64,000 nt of DNA from the NCBI GenBank assembly GCA_965248265.1, contig CBDFJF010000002.1:4000001-4064000 (forward strand), in the 5' to 3' direction. Origin of the DNA: Candidatus Latescibacterota bacterium (GTDB lineage Bacteria; Latescibacterota; UBA2968; UBA8231). Below are positions 48,557 to 58,347 of this stretch, piece after piece. The translations under genes and the position numbers were made by a program. Numbering within the stretch: position 1 is the stretch's first letter; each line of letters starts with the position of its first letter. The notes below the pieces were generated by a model that searched no databases, had not been told where the DNA came from, and worked only from the letters and a program-made list of their open reading frames with translations.

Positions 48557-50656
48557 ATGCTCAAAAAAGCCACACTGCTCTCCGTATGCTGCCTGCTCCT
48601 GTACGGCACAGGACTGATTGTAGTATACGACCTGTCCGATGACAACCTGCCCGACATCGATGAACTGGAAACCCGTCAACCCAACCGCGTGACCAAAGTC
48701 TATTCCGCCGATGGTAAGTATCTGGACGACTTTCATATCGAAAAGCGCGAACTCCTCAAGAGCTACGACGAAATCCCCAAGTCGATGAAGGATGCCCTCA
48801 TCGCGGTCGAGGACAAGCGATTCTTCGAGCACTGGGGTGTCGACCTGCAACGGGTGGTGGGGGCAGCACTCTCCAACGTCATGTCCGGAAACCTGACGGG
48901 CCAGGGAGCCAGTACCCTGACCCAGCAGCTTGCACGCAACCTCTACGACAAGGTCGGACGCCAGAGAAGCAGTGAAACTCTGGATCTGCTAACGGCAAGC
49001 TATGCCCGCAAGATTCGCGAGGCGATCACGGCCGTTTACATCGAACGCCTGTACACCAAGCAGGAAATCCTTACGATGTACCTGAATACGGTTTTCTTCG
49101 GACATGACTCCTGGGGATTGAAATCGGCTGCCCGACTCTACTTCGACAAGACTCCCAAGGAACTCAATGTCGAGGAGAGCGCCACCCTGGCGGCCCTCCT
49201 CAAAGCCCCTAACAGTTACAGCCCTTTGAGAAATCGGGTGGCGTCCACGAAGCGGCGCAACACCGTTCTCTGGCTCATGAAGGACAATGGCACCCTGACC
49301 TCGATGGAATACCGTGCATTGTCTGCCAAACCGATCGTCGTGAGAGAGGCGAAGCCCACGGAAACGGCAGGGTTGGCTCCTCACTTCGTCGAGCACGTGC
49401 GCAAACAACTGGATGAGAAGTACGGCTCTTCCCTGTACACCGATGGCTTGCGGATCCACACCACCCTCGACTCGCGCTTGCAGGTGATTGCCGAACGGGT
49501 TTACAAGACCGAAATCGGCAAGGTCCAGGTGGACATCGACAAGTACCTGGCTGCCCAGGACTCTTCAGAGGGACTGCCCGACTCCGCATTGGTGCAGGCA
49601 GCCTTCATTGCCATGGATCCCTCCAACGGCCGCATCCTTGCCATGATCGGCGGCCGGGATCTCGGCACCGGCGAGTCCAAACGCGGCTTCAACCGAGCCA
49701 CCCAGGCGGAGCGTCAAGCAGGATCCTCCTTTAAGCCATTCGTCTACACAGCAGCCCTGGACAATGGCCGGTTTCCGACCGATGAGTTCGAGGACAACGC
49801 GCTTACGGTACCAGAGTTGGACGGCTCGATCTGGGATCCCGAAAACTATGACCGCAAGTTCAAGGGGATGATGACACTGCGGGACGGCTTCAAGCATTCA
49901 CGGAATCTGATCGCCATCAAATTGGCCATGGAGATTCATCCGAGGAATATTCGGGATTATGCCAGGCGTATGGGCATCACAACCGAAATCAGACCCTTTT
50001 TCGCCATCGCCATCGGCTCCAGCGAAGTCAAGCTCATCGACATGGTATCGGCCTACAGTGTCTTTCCGAATCAGGGGATTCGCGTCGAACCGAGCGCCGT
50101 GACCAGCATCGTTGATGCCTCGGAGAGCGTTATCTACGAGCCGACGGACAGCCGCCGGGAGGCACTGCGTCCCTCGGTGGCCATTCTGATGACGGATATG
50201 ATGCGATCGGTCGTCGATGAAGGCACCGGTGGATCATTGCGCTGGAAGTGGGGCTTCAAACCGCAGGCGGCGGGCAAGACTGGCACGACCAACGACTATG
50301 CCGATGCCTGGTTCATTGGCTTTACTCCGCACCTGGTTGCCGGCGTCTGGGTAGGCTTCGACGATCCAGGCCTGAGCCTGGCACGACTCCCAGGATCCAG
50401 CGCTGCCCTGCCGTTGTGGGCGCAATTCATGAAGGCGGCGTACGAGGAGGTCGACTATTACAGCGAGCGCGCCAGGGCCGAGTTCGAGTATCCGGAAGCC
50501 CTGATCACCCGTCGTGCGGTCTGCGAGGACACGCACAAGCTGGCGACAAGATATTGTCCCCGGCGGACCAAGGATCTCTTCATCGCCGACGGCGTGTTAC
50601 CAGAAATGTGTCCGGAGCATGGCATCGGCCCGGCGCAGAGGCAGCAACGGTTCTGA
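48557..50656 (+). CDS. Class A penicillin-binding protein (PBP1A family)
   Basis: EDKRFFEHWGVD, GASTLTQQL, RK..E, YLN; transpeptidase SSFK, SRN, KTG; C-terminal Cys motif. Confidence 0.95.
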   Translation: MLKKATLLSVCCLLLYGTGLIVVYDLSDDNLPDIDELETRQPNRVTKVYSADGKYLDDFHIEKRELLKSYDEIPKSMKDALIAVEDKRFFEHWGVDLQRVVGAALSNVMSGNLTGQGASTLTQQLARNLYDKVGRQRSSETLDLLTASYARKIREAITAVYIERLYTKQEILTMYLNTVFFGHDSWGLKSAARLYFDKTPKELNVEESATLAALLKAPNSYSPLRNRVASTKRRNTVLWLMKDNGTLTSMEYRALSAKPIVVREAKPTETAGLAPHFVEHVRKQLDEKYGSSLYTDGLRIHTTLDSRLQVIAERVYKTEIGKVQVDIDKYLAAQDSSEGLPDSALVQAAFIAMDPSNGRILAMIGGRDLGTGESKRGFNRATQAERQAGSSFKPFVYTAALDNGRFPTDEFEDNALTVPELDGSIWDPENYDRKFKGMMTLRDGFKHSRNLIAIKLAMEIHPRNIRDYARRMGITTEIRPFFAIAIGSSEVKLIDMVSAYSVFPNQGIRVEPSAVTSIVDASESVIYEPTDSRREALRPSVAILMTDMMRSVVDEGTGGSLRWKWGFKPQAAGKTGTTNDYADAWFIGFTPHLVAGVWVGFDDPGLSLARLPGSSAALPLWAQFMKAAYEEVDYYSERARAEFEYPEALITRRAVCEDTHKLATRYCPRRTKDLFIADGVLPEMCPEHGIGPAQRQQRF

Positions 50657-50758
50657 ATGCACAGGGAGGAAGTCACCTTCCTGGCATTGTAGATAGGTGG
50701 ATGCTTGTAGCGGAACGTGGGGGGGAGCTGACAACAACAGGTGTGGTCGAGGTGGAGA

Positions 50759-51067
50759 CTACTCGTCCAACTGAAATCGGGTGGGCTTGCGGCGCTTTTC
50801 CCTCTCCCGGTATTCCTCGACCTTCTTGGTGAGTTCACCAAGCTCTTTTTCCAACTCTTCAATTTCCTTCTGCAGGGCGCTCACAGCCTCCTTGGTATCG
50901 TTGGTCGCTCCCTGCTCGGCTTCGATCTTATTCTCACATTCACGGATCTCCGCCTTGGCGAGATTCGCCTTCGGCTTCAATCCGGCCGAAACCTTGAGGT
51001 AGTCGATGACGATGAAGACGAGAAAACCGGCTGCTCCGACCGCGATACTGATGAATACCCATGCCAT
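50759..51067 (-). CDS. Small TM + coiled-coil hypothetical protein
   Basis: N-terminal hydrophobic helix followed by a heptad Glu/Lys-rich region. Confidence 0.75.
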   Translation of the reverse strand: MAWVFISIAVGAAGFLVFIVIDYLKVSAGLKPKANLAKAEIRECENKIEAEQGATNDTKEAVSALQKEIEELEKELGELTKKVEEYREREKRRKPTRFQLDE

Positions 51068-51113
51068 ACGTCAGATCCCCTGATGCGGGGTTATACTGGG
51101 TTTATACCATGCC

Positions 51114-51707
51114 TTACTGCTGCTGTTGCTCATCCTGCTTTAACTCTTCCATCATCTTGGTGATGTTGGCGGCGAAATCCGGGGTCATCGCCTGCATTAT
51201 TTTCGCCATTTGTTGAGGTGGCAGCAAGCGCATCAGCATGGCCACGGATGTGTCCTGGAAGGTCCCCTCCTGAAATATGTCAGCCGCATTCTGCGGTTTG
51301 ACCTTCGCGTAGAAGGCCGCCATGCTCTTCAGGTTCTCCCGGCGAAGGCGGCTTTGTTCGCCCTGACTTAGCGAATCCATCGCGGCCTGACGCCGATCCA
51401 CGGCGGCCTGGTTAGCCATCAATTCAGCCTCGACGGCCTTCAGGCTTTCAGCGACCGCTTCGTTGCGCTTGCGCTCCGACTGGTATAACTCCCGGTAGCC
51501 ATCCACCTCCCGGATCAGATCCCCCAGACGATCCTCAGGATCGATAAAGTCGTCAGATATCCTGGTGCTGTCCACCTGTCCGCTGATGATCTTCTGCAAC
51601 TCCTGTGGCGACTTGATGGTCTTCGTGAAGAACAGCATAGCCAGCAGTGCAGCAGTGAACGAGACGAACATGCCGACAATGAGGAGTGGGACGAGAAGAA
51701 ACTTCAT
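51114..51707 (-). CDS. MotE/FlbB/YlxF-like protein (TM, coiled coil, MgtE_N-like)
   Basis: LK.MA.FY.K.KP..AA.I....V...M..L.P..MAKIM.AM.P..AA.I. Confidence 0.72.
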   Translation of the reverse strand: MKFLLVPLLIVGMFVSFTAALLAMLFFTKTIKSPQELQKIISGQVDSTRISDDFIDPEDRLGDLIREVDGYRELYQSERKRNEAVAESLKAVEAELMANQAAVDRRQAAMDSLSQGEQSRLRRENLKSMAAFYAKVKPQNAADIFQEGTFQDTSVAMLMRLLPPQQMAKIMQAMTPDFAANITKMMEELKQDEQQQQ

Positions 51708-51736
51708 CGTTGTTAATCCTACCTAAATCGACGCGC

Positions 51737-53614
51737 TCATGGAGCGAAGAATATCGCCAGCAGCCCGATCGCTATTGAACCCGACAGACCGAGCTCGACG
51801 ACCTTGTTGCCCGGATTGACCTCCGCGTAGACGACGTCCTCGGAGCGAAGCCAGCTGACCTCACGGTCATCGACTACATCGTTGCGGGAAGCACGAACCC
51901 GATCTACCCAATCCACGTTCCCATCGGCACTCTCGAGCCTGAGCAACAGATCGCCGCTGGCATCACGGGAACGCTTCTTGGTACCGAACACGGACTTCAA
52001 TGTCCCACCCGATGGTCGGTACACAACGCGACTATCGACGAGACGATAGTACAGCGTGCCTGCTCCGCCATGTTTGATGGCATCGTCGCTGGCATCGTCG
52101 TTGCTGACTTCGTCGCCGTCGTCACCGGGAACCCCTACCACGACGGTCACGCCCTTTTGCATCAGAGCCTCCGTCAGCAGCTCATCGACTACCCAACTCC
52201 TTGATTTCTTGCTGGTCGGACTCAGATGTACTCGGTCCCCGCTGTCGAGGGGTGCGCCTTTGATCTGTTGGGCCAACCGTTCGCGAATGGCCATGCTCAC
52301 TGCTTCCAGATCGGTAATTACACTCCCGCTCGCTGTTTTACCCTCGAAGGACGTACCGTCGACCGATTCGGCAAACAGAGCCTCAACCCAGATCATAGGC
52401 CCGGTAGCAGCGCGCACCTCGCGCTCAGTACCCGCGGGTACAAAGCTACCTGTCCATTCGAATGGACCCTGGCGTCGGGGCAGTACCTCCAACTCGATGC
52501 CAATCCGATCTCCAGGTTTCAGCGTCAAAGGGCCCTTAACGACGATGTCTCGCGCTTCCAGTGTCGCCGACCTGGATTCACCATTGTCGACGATTGTGAT
52601 GTCGTCGAAGCTGGTGGGAACTGAGGCGCGCAAGGCATCCACCACTATCCTTCCGTTAGTCGCAGGGTTGTACCACTCGAGGTTCAGTCGCTGGGGGCGG
52701 CCCTGCTGAAGCCTGCCTGATGCAGCTGACACGCGCAGTTGCGGCAATCCGGCGATTCGCAGCTCAATGGGCGATAGCGGAGACCCGTGAGCCTCTGCGG
52801 AGATGACGTACCCGATCAGCTGTTCCACGCGAGGTCCGCCCTGCACCTGGCATCTGATTGTCGTCGTCGTGCTGTCCCCTGGACCGATAGCCATAGTACT
52901 CAAATTGTCACTCAAATTGTCACTCAAGTTGTCATCCGGCGACATCCCCTCCGGCCACCTCAATTGCACCCCCTCGACGGCCATGTCAGGATGCGGGTTG
53001 TGCAACTGCAGCCGTATGTCGACTTGCTCGCCGGCGAACAGGTACGTCGGACTGGCGGACATGATCAGATGGAGGGGGGGCCGAACACGGAGGGGAACGG
53101 AAACCTGGTGAGCCACCGCATCCACTTTCTCAGTCGAATACATGCTCCCTACGAAGGGTACATCGGCCGATCCTGTCAGCGGCACCAGTTCAATCGACAA
53201 CGAATCGCTGAGCGCCCTGCTCAGGGGAGACAGGGAATAATCGATCTCCAGATCCGTTGCGGATCGAGTCACGACTCCCCGAGCTGAGTGCGCCGCCACC
53301 AGCCGCACCTTTTCGGTGTCGAAGCCTACACTGGCCCTGACAATGGCTTCGCCGTCACCGGGGAAAAAGGAGAGGACCAGGTGGACTTCCTGACTGATAC
53401 CGGGACCAGCAATCGATTGGGGATCGAATCGTGCGCTGAAGGTGGAGCGCCCCTCAACCACCGTGCTCGCAAGAGCCCAACTGGCAAGAATGGCAGCAAC
53501 TGCTCCTTGCAGGTATCCCCTTGGCACTTTTCGGAATTCGGGTGCGAAAATGCGGCTCAGGCTGCGAAAAAGGGTCAAAAAACTGCTGTCTCGGAGTGGG
53601 TAGAAAACGCCCAA
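51737..53614 (-). CDS. Hypothetical exported protein with beta-rich (Ig-like) domains and C-terminal hydrophobic anchor
   Basis: 625-codon ORF; signal-like segment; C-terminus ELGLSGSIAIGLLAIFFAP; start uncertain. Confidence 0.65.
   Translation of the reverse strand: MGVFYPLRDSSFLTLFRSLSRIFAPEFRKVPRGYLQGAVAAILASWALASTVVEGRSTFSARFDPQSIAGPGISQEVHLVLSFFPGDGEAIVRASVGFDTEKVRLVAAHSARGVVTRSATDLEIDYSLSPLSRALSDSLSIELVPLTGSADVPFVGSMYSTEKVDAVAHQVSVPLRVRPPLHLIMSASPTYLFAGEQVDIRLQLHNPHPDMAVEGVQLRWPEGMSPDDNLSDNLSDNLSTMAIGPGDSTTTTIRCQVQGGPRVEQLIGYVISAEAHGSPLSPIELRIAGLPQLRVSAASGRLQQGRPQRLNLEWYNPATNGRIVVDALRASVPTSFDDITIVDNGESRSATLEARDIVVKGPLTLKPGDRIGIELEVLPRRQGPFEWTGSFVPAGTEREVRAATGPMIWVEALFAESVDGTSFEGKTASGSVITDLEAVSMAIRERLAQQIKGAPLDSGDRVHLSPTSKKSRSWVVDELLTEALMQKGVTVVVGVPGDDGDEVSNDDASDDAIKHGGAGTLYYRLVDSRVVYRPSGGTLKSVFGTKKRSRDASGDLLLRLESADGNVDWVDRVRASRNDVVDDREVSWLRSEDVVYAEVNPGNKVVELGLSGSIAIGLLAIFFAP
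52898..52933. repeat. 12-bp in-frame tandem repeat x3 (DNLS)
   Basis: actcaaattgtc x2 + actcaagttgtc. Confidence 0.88.
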
Positions 53615-53647
53615 AGTTACTTTGCGCGTTAGACTTGCGTCAAATCA

Positions 53648-53676
53648 ACGTTAACATACCTAACATCGGCTGTCAA
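53648..53676 (-). promoter_or_regulatory. Sigma70 promoter for the leftward operon
   Basis: Minus strand TTGACA-N17-TAACGT; a second TTGACG-N18-TAACTT lies just downstream. Confidence 0.65.
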
Positions 53677-53800
53677 GGGATGCTGGTCTCATTGTGCTGT
53701 CTGTGACCTCGGAGATACCGAGGAGTTCCTCAGTCTCTGGCGATCCGCCCAAACCGAGAAAAACCAGTCCTGCGAAACTGTCGCTAACAGTAGTAAACAC

Positions 53801-53830
53801 TTGACTTGTGAGCACCCGGCGAGATACGTT
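53801..53830 (+). promoter_or_regulatory. Possible sigma70 promoter for the ytfI/ytfJ-like pair
   Basis: TTGACT-N18-TACGTT. Confidence 0.4.
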
Positions 53831-53970
53831 ACGACCTCGTGAGATGGGCTCAATTGATGGTCTGGAGGCTCATGTCTGTCCGATGGTCGTGAGCGCACGT
53901 CCGAACATCGGTGTCTGGAAGGTACTGGGAATCCCGCTCGACGTTTGCCATAGGTTTTTACCAAATTGCT

Positions 53971-54708
53971 ATGTTGGATGTGACCATATACCTGGTCTGT
54001 GCCCTGAGTGCGGGGCTGGCAGCGCTGCTGCTGTTGCCCGTGGTCGTGGCGGTGCAGGCGCGGCGGACCGACCATCCTGGTGCCACGGCGTTTCGCCTCG
54101 ATGGGGCCCTGTTCGGCGGTCTCATCGGTATCAGTCTGCACCAGAGCGATGATACTCGGCGGCTGTATCCCCTCTGGCACCGGTGGACGATTGGCCGTGG
54201 ACACATCCTGGGGAAACAGACCGCGCAAGCAGGGCGTTCCAGCAGCGATGCGGCTGTTGATGCCGACACCGACCAGCAGGACGAGCGCGCCCAGGATGAG
54301 GCCGGGCGCAGATACTCTATCAGCCAGCTGATGACCCTGGTTGAACGAGTACGAGAGATGTCCCGACTGCTGGCGCGCCCCGGGTTACAGTTGCTTCGAT
54401 CACTGCGGCACGTTGCCAGCCTACGCCGACTAACACTTAGAGGACACCTTGGACTCGCCGATCCAGCATCAACCGGTTCGGCCTGCGCGCTGCTGTTGGG
54501 GGTGCGGGCGTTAAATGCCAAGCGAGTCAAGATCGATGTTGCGCCCGACTTCGTCACACCGAGGGCCGAGGGTCATGCCCACCTTGTCATACACTTGCAC
54601 CTTGGATACGCCCTGGCCTGCATCCTCCGCTTCGGACTGAGGGTAGGCCTGGGTTGGTTGGTGCTGCGCGCGCGCAAGATAGCCATACCCGGTTTTCAAA
54701 CAAGGTAA
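53971..54708 (+). CDS. DUF2953 (YtfI-like) membrane protein
   Basis: N-terminal TM, GLADPASTG motif, V.PDF; precedes the YtfJ homolog. Confidence 0.72.
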   Translation: MLDVTIYLVCALSAGLAALLLLPVVVAVQARRTDHPGATAFRLDGALFGGLIGISLHQSDDTRRLYPLWHRWTIGRGHILGKQTAQAGRSSSDAAVDADTDQQDERAQDEAGRRYSISQLMTLVERVREMSRLLARPGLQLLRSLRHVASLRRLTLRGHLGLADPASTGSACALLLGVRALNAKRVKIDVAPDFVTPRAEGHAHLVIHLHLGYALACILRFGLRVGLGWLVLRARKIAIPGFQTR

Positions 54709-54730
54709 CTCAATAAGGAATAGGACTCTG

Positions 54731-55132
54731 ATGGCATCATCCGTCGAAGCGTTGATCGAGCGCGTCATGGGCGAACTCCACCGCATAGTACAGACTCAAA
54801 CGGTCGTGGGCGAACCGGTGCAGGCAGGCAGCGTCATTCTGGTGCCGGTCTCGAAAATCTCTTTCGGTTTTGGGGCCGGCGGAGGACAGGAAGGCAAGGG
54901 GCAAAGCGGCACCGGTGGCGGAGCGACGGTGGAGCCAATCGCCTTCGTCGTCATCGACGCTGAGGGGAAAGCCCAGTTGCTCACCTTCAAGGAGAAGGAG
55001 ATCAATTGGAGCCAGCTGATGGAACTGATGCCGGGCGCGATCGGCAAAATCAAGTCGTTTGTCTCGAAGGAAAAGAAATCGGATGAGCCGGATCCCGATC
55101 CGGAAGAGGAAGACGGAGAACCGTCGTCTTGA
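54731..55132 (+). CDS. GerW/YtfJ family protein
   Basis: TVVGEP...G...LVPVSKISFGFGAGG..GGG..VEPIAFVV. Confidence 0.92.
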   Translation: MASSVEALIERVMGELHRIVQTQTVVGEPVQAGSVILVPVSKISFGFGAGGGQEGKGQSGTGGGATVEPIAFVVIDAEGKAQLLTFKEKEINWSQLMELMPGAIGKIKSFVSKEKKSDEPDPDPEEEDGEPSS

Positions 55133-55168
55133 AGACGGAGAACCGTCCGTCTTGAACACGGAGAAGCG
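55109..55168. repeat. 22-23 bp palindromic tandem repeat (~2.7 copies) at the ytfJ/rlmN convergent junction
   Basis: gaagacggagaaccgtcgtctt / gaagacggagaaccgtccgtctt / gaacacggagaagcg. Confidence 0.8.
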
Positions 55169-55185
55169 AAATCCGCCTGCTGGAG

Positions 55186-56295
55186 CTATCCTGTAAGCAC
55201 AGGCTCCCGGTACAGTTGGCCACAAGCGGCGGCGATGTCGCGTCCTCTGCTTTCTCGGAGGGTCACCGTGCGAGAGGTTACAGACCGATCTTCGAGCGCA
55301 AGCCGAAAACTGCGGATACGCTCCTCTGATGGCCGCCGGAAAACTGTATCCCCTGTCGACGGCGATTCCTCTTGGTCGAGCTCATTATACGGAATCAGGT
55401 TAACTTTGCAGGGGATGTCGCTTGTGAGATCGGCCAGGCGCCTGGCGTCATCGTCGCTGTCGGTGACCTGATCCATCAACACGTACTCGAAGGTTACCCT
55501 GCGACCACGCCTCTCGAAATAGTCACGTGCCGCCTCTAAGAGTTGGGCGATAGGGAATTTCTTATTGATCGGCATGATCTGGCTGCGCTGTTTGTCCGTC
55601 GTGGCATTGAGGGAGATCGCCAGGCCCACATTCAGGTCCTCCTCCATCGACAACTTCTCGATACCCGGGACATATCCGGCCGTCGACACCGTGATGCGGC
55701 GGCCGCCAACACCCAAGCCCTCGACACCCATCACTCTCAGCGCCTGCGTTACGTTGTCGTAATTGAGCAAGGGCTCCCCCATGCCCATCATGACCACGTT
55801 CGTCACCCGTTCCTGGCGGCGCCTGGCCCATGCGTTCATTCGCAGCAACTGGTCAACGATCTCTCCAGAGGTCAGGTTGCGCCCCTTGAAACCCATCTTT
55901 CCAGTCGCGCAAAACTTGCAGTCGAGAGGACACCCGACCTGAGAGGACAGGCACGCCGTGCGCCGCGAGCCATCGCTGATCAGCACCGACTCAACACTGG
56001 TGGCTCCGGGAATCCCAAAAAGAAATTTGACGGTGGCATCCAAGGCCGATTCACGACGGGCCAACTCCTCCAACCGGGTGATTTTAACGCTGGCAGCCAT
56101 CGCCGTGCGCCACGATTGTGGCAGGTTGGTCATGTTGTCCAGGTGCGACACATCCTTCTCATACAACCAGGAGAGCAGTTGTCTGGCCCGATAGGGTGCT
56201 TCTCCGGTGCTGACGACCAGGTCAGTCAACTCCTCAGGGGGCATGCCCTTGAGGTCGATGAGGCCTTGCGGGGGGCTGGCGGTCTCAGCAGTCAT
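55186..56295 (-). CDS. rlmN: Dual-specificity RNA methyltransferase RlmN (radical SAM)
   Basis: CLSSQVGCPLDCKFCATG, MGMGEPL, ITVST, EYVL, DIAAACGQL. Confidence 0.97.
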   Translation of the reverse strand: MTAETASPPQGLIDLKGMPPEELTDLVVSTGEAPYRARQLLSWLYEKDVSHLDNMTNLPQSWRTAMAASVKITRLEELARRESALDATVKFLFGIPGATSVESVLISDGSRRTACLSSQVGCPLDCKFCATGKMGFKGRNLTSGEIVDQLLRMNAWARRRQERVTNVVMMGMGEPLLNYDNVTQALRVMGVEGLGVGGRRITVSTAGYVPGIEKLSMEEDLNVGLAISLNATTDKQRSQIMPINKKFPIAQLLEAARDYFERRGRRVTFEYVLMDQVTDSDDDARRLADLTSDIPCKVNLIPYNELDQEESPSTGDTVFRRPSEERIRSFRLALEDRSVTSRTVTLRESRGRDIAAACGQLYREPVLTG

Positions 56296-56435
56296 GAAGG
56301 CTGTCGCGGTTTGAGTAAATGCCGTAGGTTTATTATTATAGGGAGTTTACGACGCTTGTGCTAATTTCGACGGCAATCGGATAAAACGAGATTACTGCAA
56401 TGAGAGAGCACCTCGATGAGAGTAAGCCGAGGTAG

Positions 56436-57857
56436 ATGAGAAAACCTACTCCCACGCCACCGGCAATCTGGTTCTGGTCACTTTGCCTTGGCCTGGTCTG
56501 CCTTACCGGCTTGAGATCTTCGATTCTCCTGGGTGACCCGTCCGGGGCCTCGGAGTCATCGACGGCCTCTGATTCTGATGTGAATGCGTCTCCCCTCACT
56601 CCTACTGCGTCGATGGAGTCCCGCTTGCCAACCGGCGACGATGGGGCCGTTATCGTACCAGTAACGGCGCGAGTGGCTGATTCGTCCTCGACGACGGATG
56701 CACCAATTGCGACCGTTGCCGAACCGCCGGTTCGCGTCATCGTCGATACCCTCCGCAGAAACGACTCCATCTACCTTTCACTCAAGCGCCGGAGCGTTCC
56801 CGAAGCCCAGATCATAGAACTGGACCAGGCGATTCGATCGGTTTTTCGCGCCAAGAGCGAATCCAAGACAGGCGATACCTACCGGCTGGAACTGGATGAC
56901 CTCGAGCGGATCAGACGCTTCGATTACACCCCGGTGACGTCGCCTGAACGGCCCATCCGGGTGATGATGACGGATGGGCAGCTGGTTGCCGAAAGACTCT
57001 CCATTCCACTGGACGAGCGAGTGTTCGCCATCGAGGTCTCGATCGAAGACAACCTGGCCAATGCCATCGCGGCAGCCGGAGAAGACGATCCACTGACGAC
57101 CCTGCTGGCAGATGACATCTTCGGGTCGGTGATCGATTTCCGCACGCATCCACGGCGTGGCGACAGGCTGGGTCTGTTGTTCACCAAACGGTTTCTGAAC
57201 GAGCGCTTTGTTAGCTACGGCCGCGTGTTGTTCGCCCGCTACGTCGGGCGAAAGGTATCACAGGTAGCCGTGGACTACGAAGACCCGGAGGGAGCACGTG
57301 GCTACTACGACGGAGACGGCCGCTCACTCGAGCGGATGTTCCTGATCAATCCCATGAGATATGTACGAATCAGTTCCGGCTTCAGTCGCAAACGCTTCCA
57401 CCCCGTGCTGAAGAAGAAACGTCCGCATCTTGGAACGGATTACGCCGCCAGTACCGGCACAAGAGTTTGGGCGACCGCGAAGGGCCGGATCGCTTTCGCG
57501 GGCCGTAAGGGTGGCTACGGAAAGCTTGTCGAAATCGAGCACGCCAATGGCTATCGCACCCGTTATGCTCATTTGAGCCGCATCCACGTTCGCAGCGGAC
57601 AGACGGTGCAGAAGGCGGAGGTTGTGGGCCGGGTCGGGGCGACCGGACTTGCCACGGGTCCGCACCTTCACTACGAACTACTCAAGGACGGACGCCATAT
57701 CAACCCGGCTTCAGCCAACAAGGGACGGGTAGGGCAACCGCTGCGCCCCAAGTACGCAATGCATTTCGCCGATCACAGTGACAAACTTCTGCGCATGCTC
57801 GAGGCGGCGGTCGGACACAGCTACCCAGCCTCAGGCGTGGTAGCGGAGAGCCGTTGA
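56436..57857 (+). CDS. M23 family peptidoglycan endopeptidase (MepM/Csd3-like)
   Basis: HLGTD, GGYG, YAHLS, TGPHLHYE. Confidence 0.93.
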   Translation: MRKPTPTPPAIWFWSLCLGLVCLTGLRSSILLGDPSGASESSTASDSDVNASPLTPTASMESRLPTGDDGAVIVPVTARVADSSSTTDAPIATVAEPPVRVIVDTLRRNDSIYLSLKRRSVPEAQIIELDQAIRSVFRAKSESKTGDTYRLELDDLERIRRFDYTPVTSPERPIRVMMTDGQLVAERLSIPLDERVFAIEVSIEDNLANAIAAAGEDDPLTTLLADDIFGSVIDFRTHPRRGDRLGLLFTKRFLNERFVSYGRVLFARYVGRKVSQVAVDYEDPEGARGYYDGDGRSLERMFLINPMRYVRISSGFSRKRFHPVLKKKRPHLGTDYAASTGTRVWATAKGRIAFAGRKGGYGKLVEIEHANGYRTRYAHLSRIHVRSGQTVQKAEVVGRVGATGLATGPHLHYELLKDGRHINPASANKGRVGQPLRPKYAMHFADHSDKLLRMLEAAVGHSYPASGVVAESR

Positions 57858-57914
57858 TGCCATATATTGGCGGGACGTACACCTATTGGCGGTGATCACC
57901 CGGTACGAAGACGC

Positions 57915-58316
57915 ATGGACGAGCAATTTCTTAAGGACATAGAGGAACTGGCTGACGCAGACGGTCGATACGCCAAGGCGGCATACCTGTTCATCTACGA
58001 TGCGCTACAGTACACGGTGGAAAAGCTGGGCAAAGAAAGTCTGCCCAAGCCGCAGCGGCACGTTTCAGGTCGCGAATTGGTTCAGGCGTTGAGCGAGTAT
58101 GGTATGGATCAATTCGGCCCACTCACGAACTCCGTGTTCGAGCATTGGGGAGTGCGGGAGACCCGCGACTTCGGCGAGATCGTCTTCAACCTCGTCGGCG
58201 CCAATCTGATGAGTAAGACGGAAGACGACCGTATCGAAGATTTTACCAACGTCTACGATTTCGACGACGAATTCGATTGGAAAAAGCGCCGCGCCGAGTT
58301 CAGACGCGGAGCCTGA
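57915..58316 (+). CDS. Minf_1886-family conserved hypothetical protein
   Basis: D.RY...AY.F..AL, RHVSG.EL, FG.L...V...WG...T.DFGEIVFNLV, D..EDF..VYDF. Confidence 0.8.
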   Translation: MDEQFLKDIEELADADGRYAKAAYLFIYDALQYTVEKLGKESLPKPQRHVSGRELVQALSEYGMDQFGPLTNSVFEHWGVRETRDFGEIVFNLVGANLMSKTEDDRIEDFTNVYDFDDEFDWKKRRAEFRRGA

Positions 58317-58347
58317 ATACCCGCCCTCGCGCCGATCCTTCCGACCT

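Noticed and set aside
55109-55168. Mini CRISPR array
   Set aside because: Units are contiguous with no spacers, and there are no cas genes.
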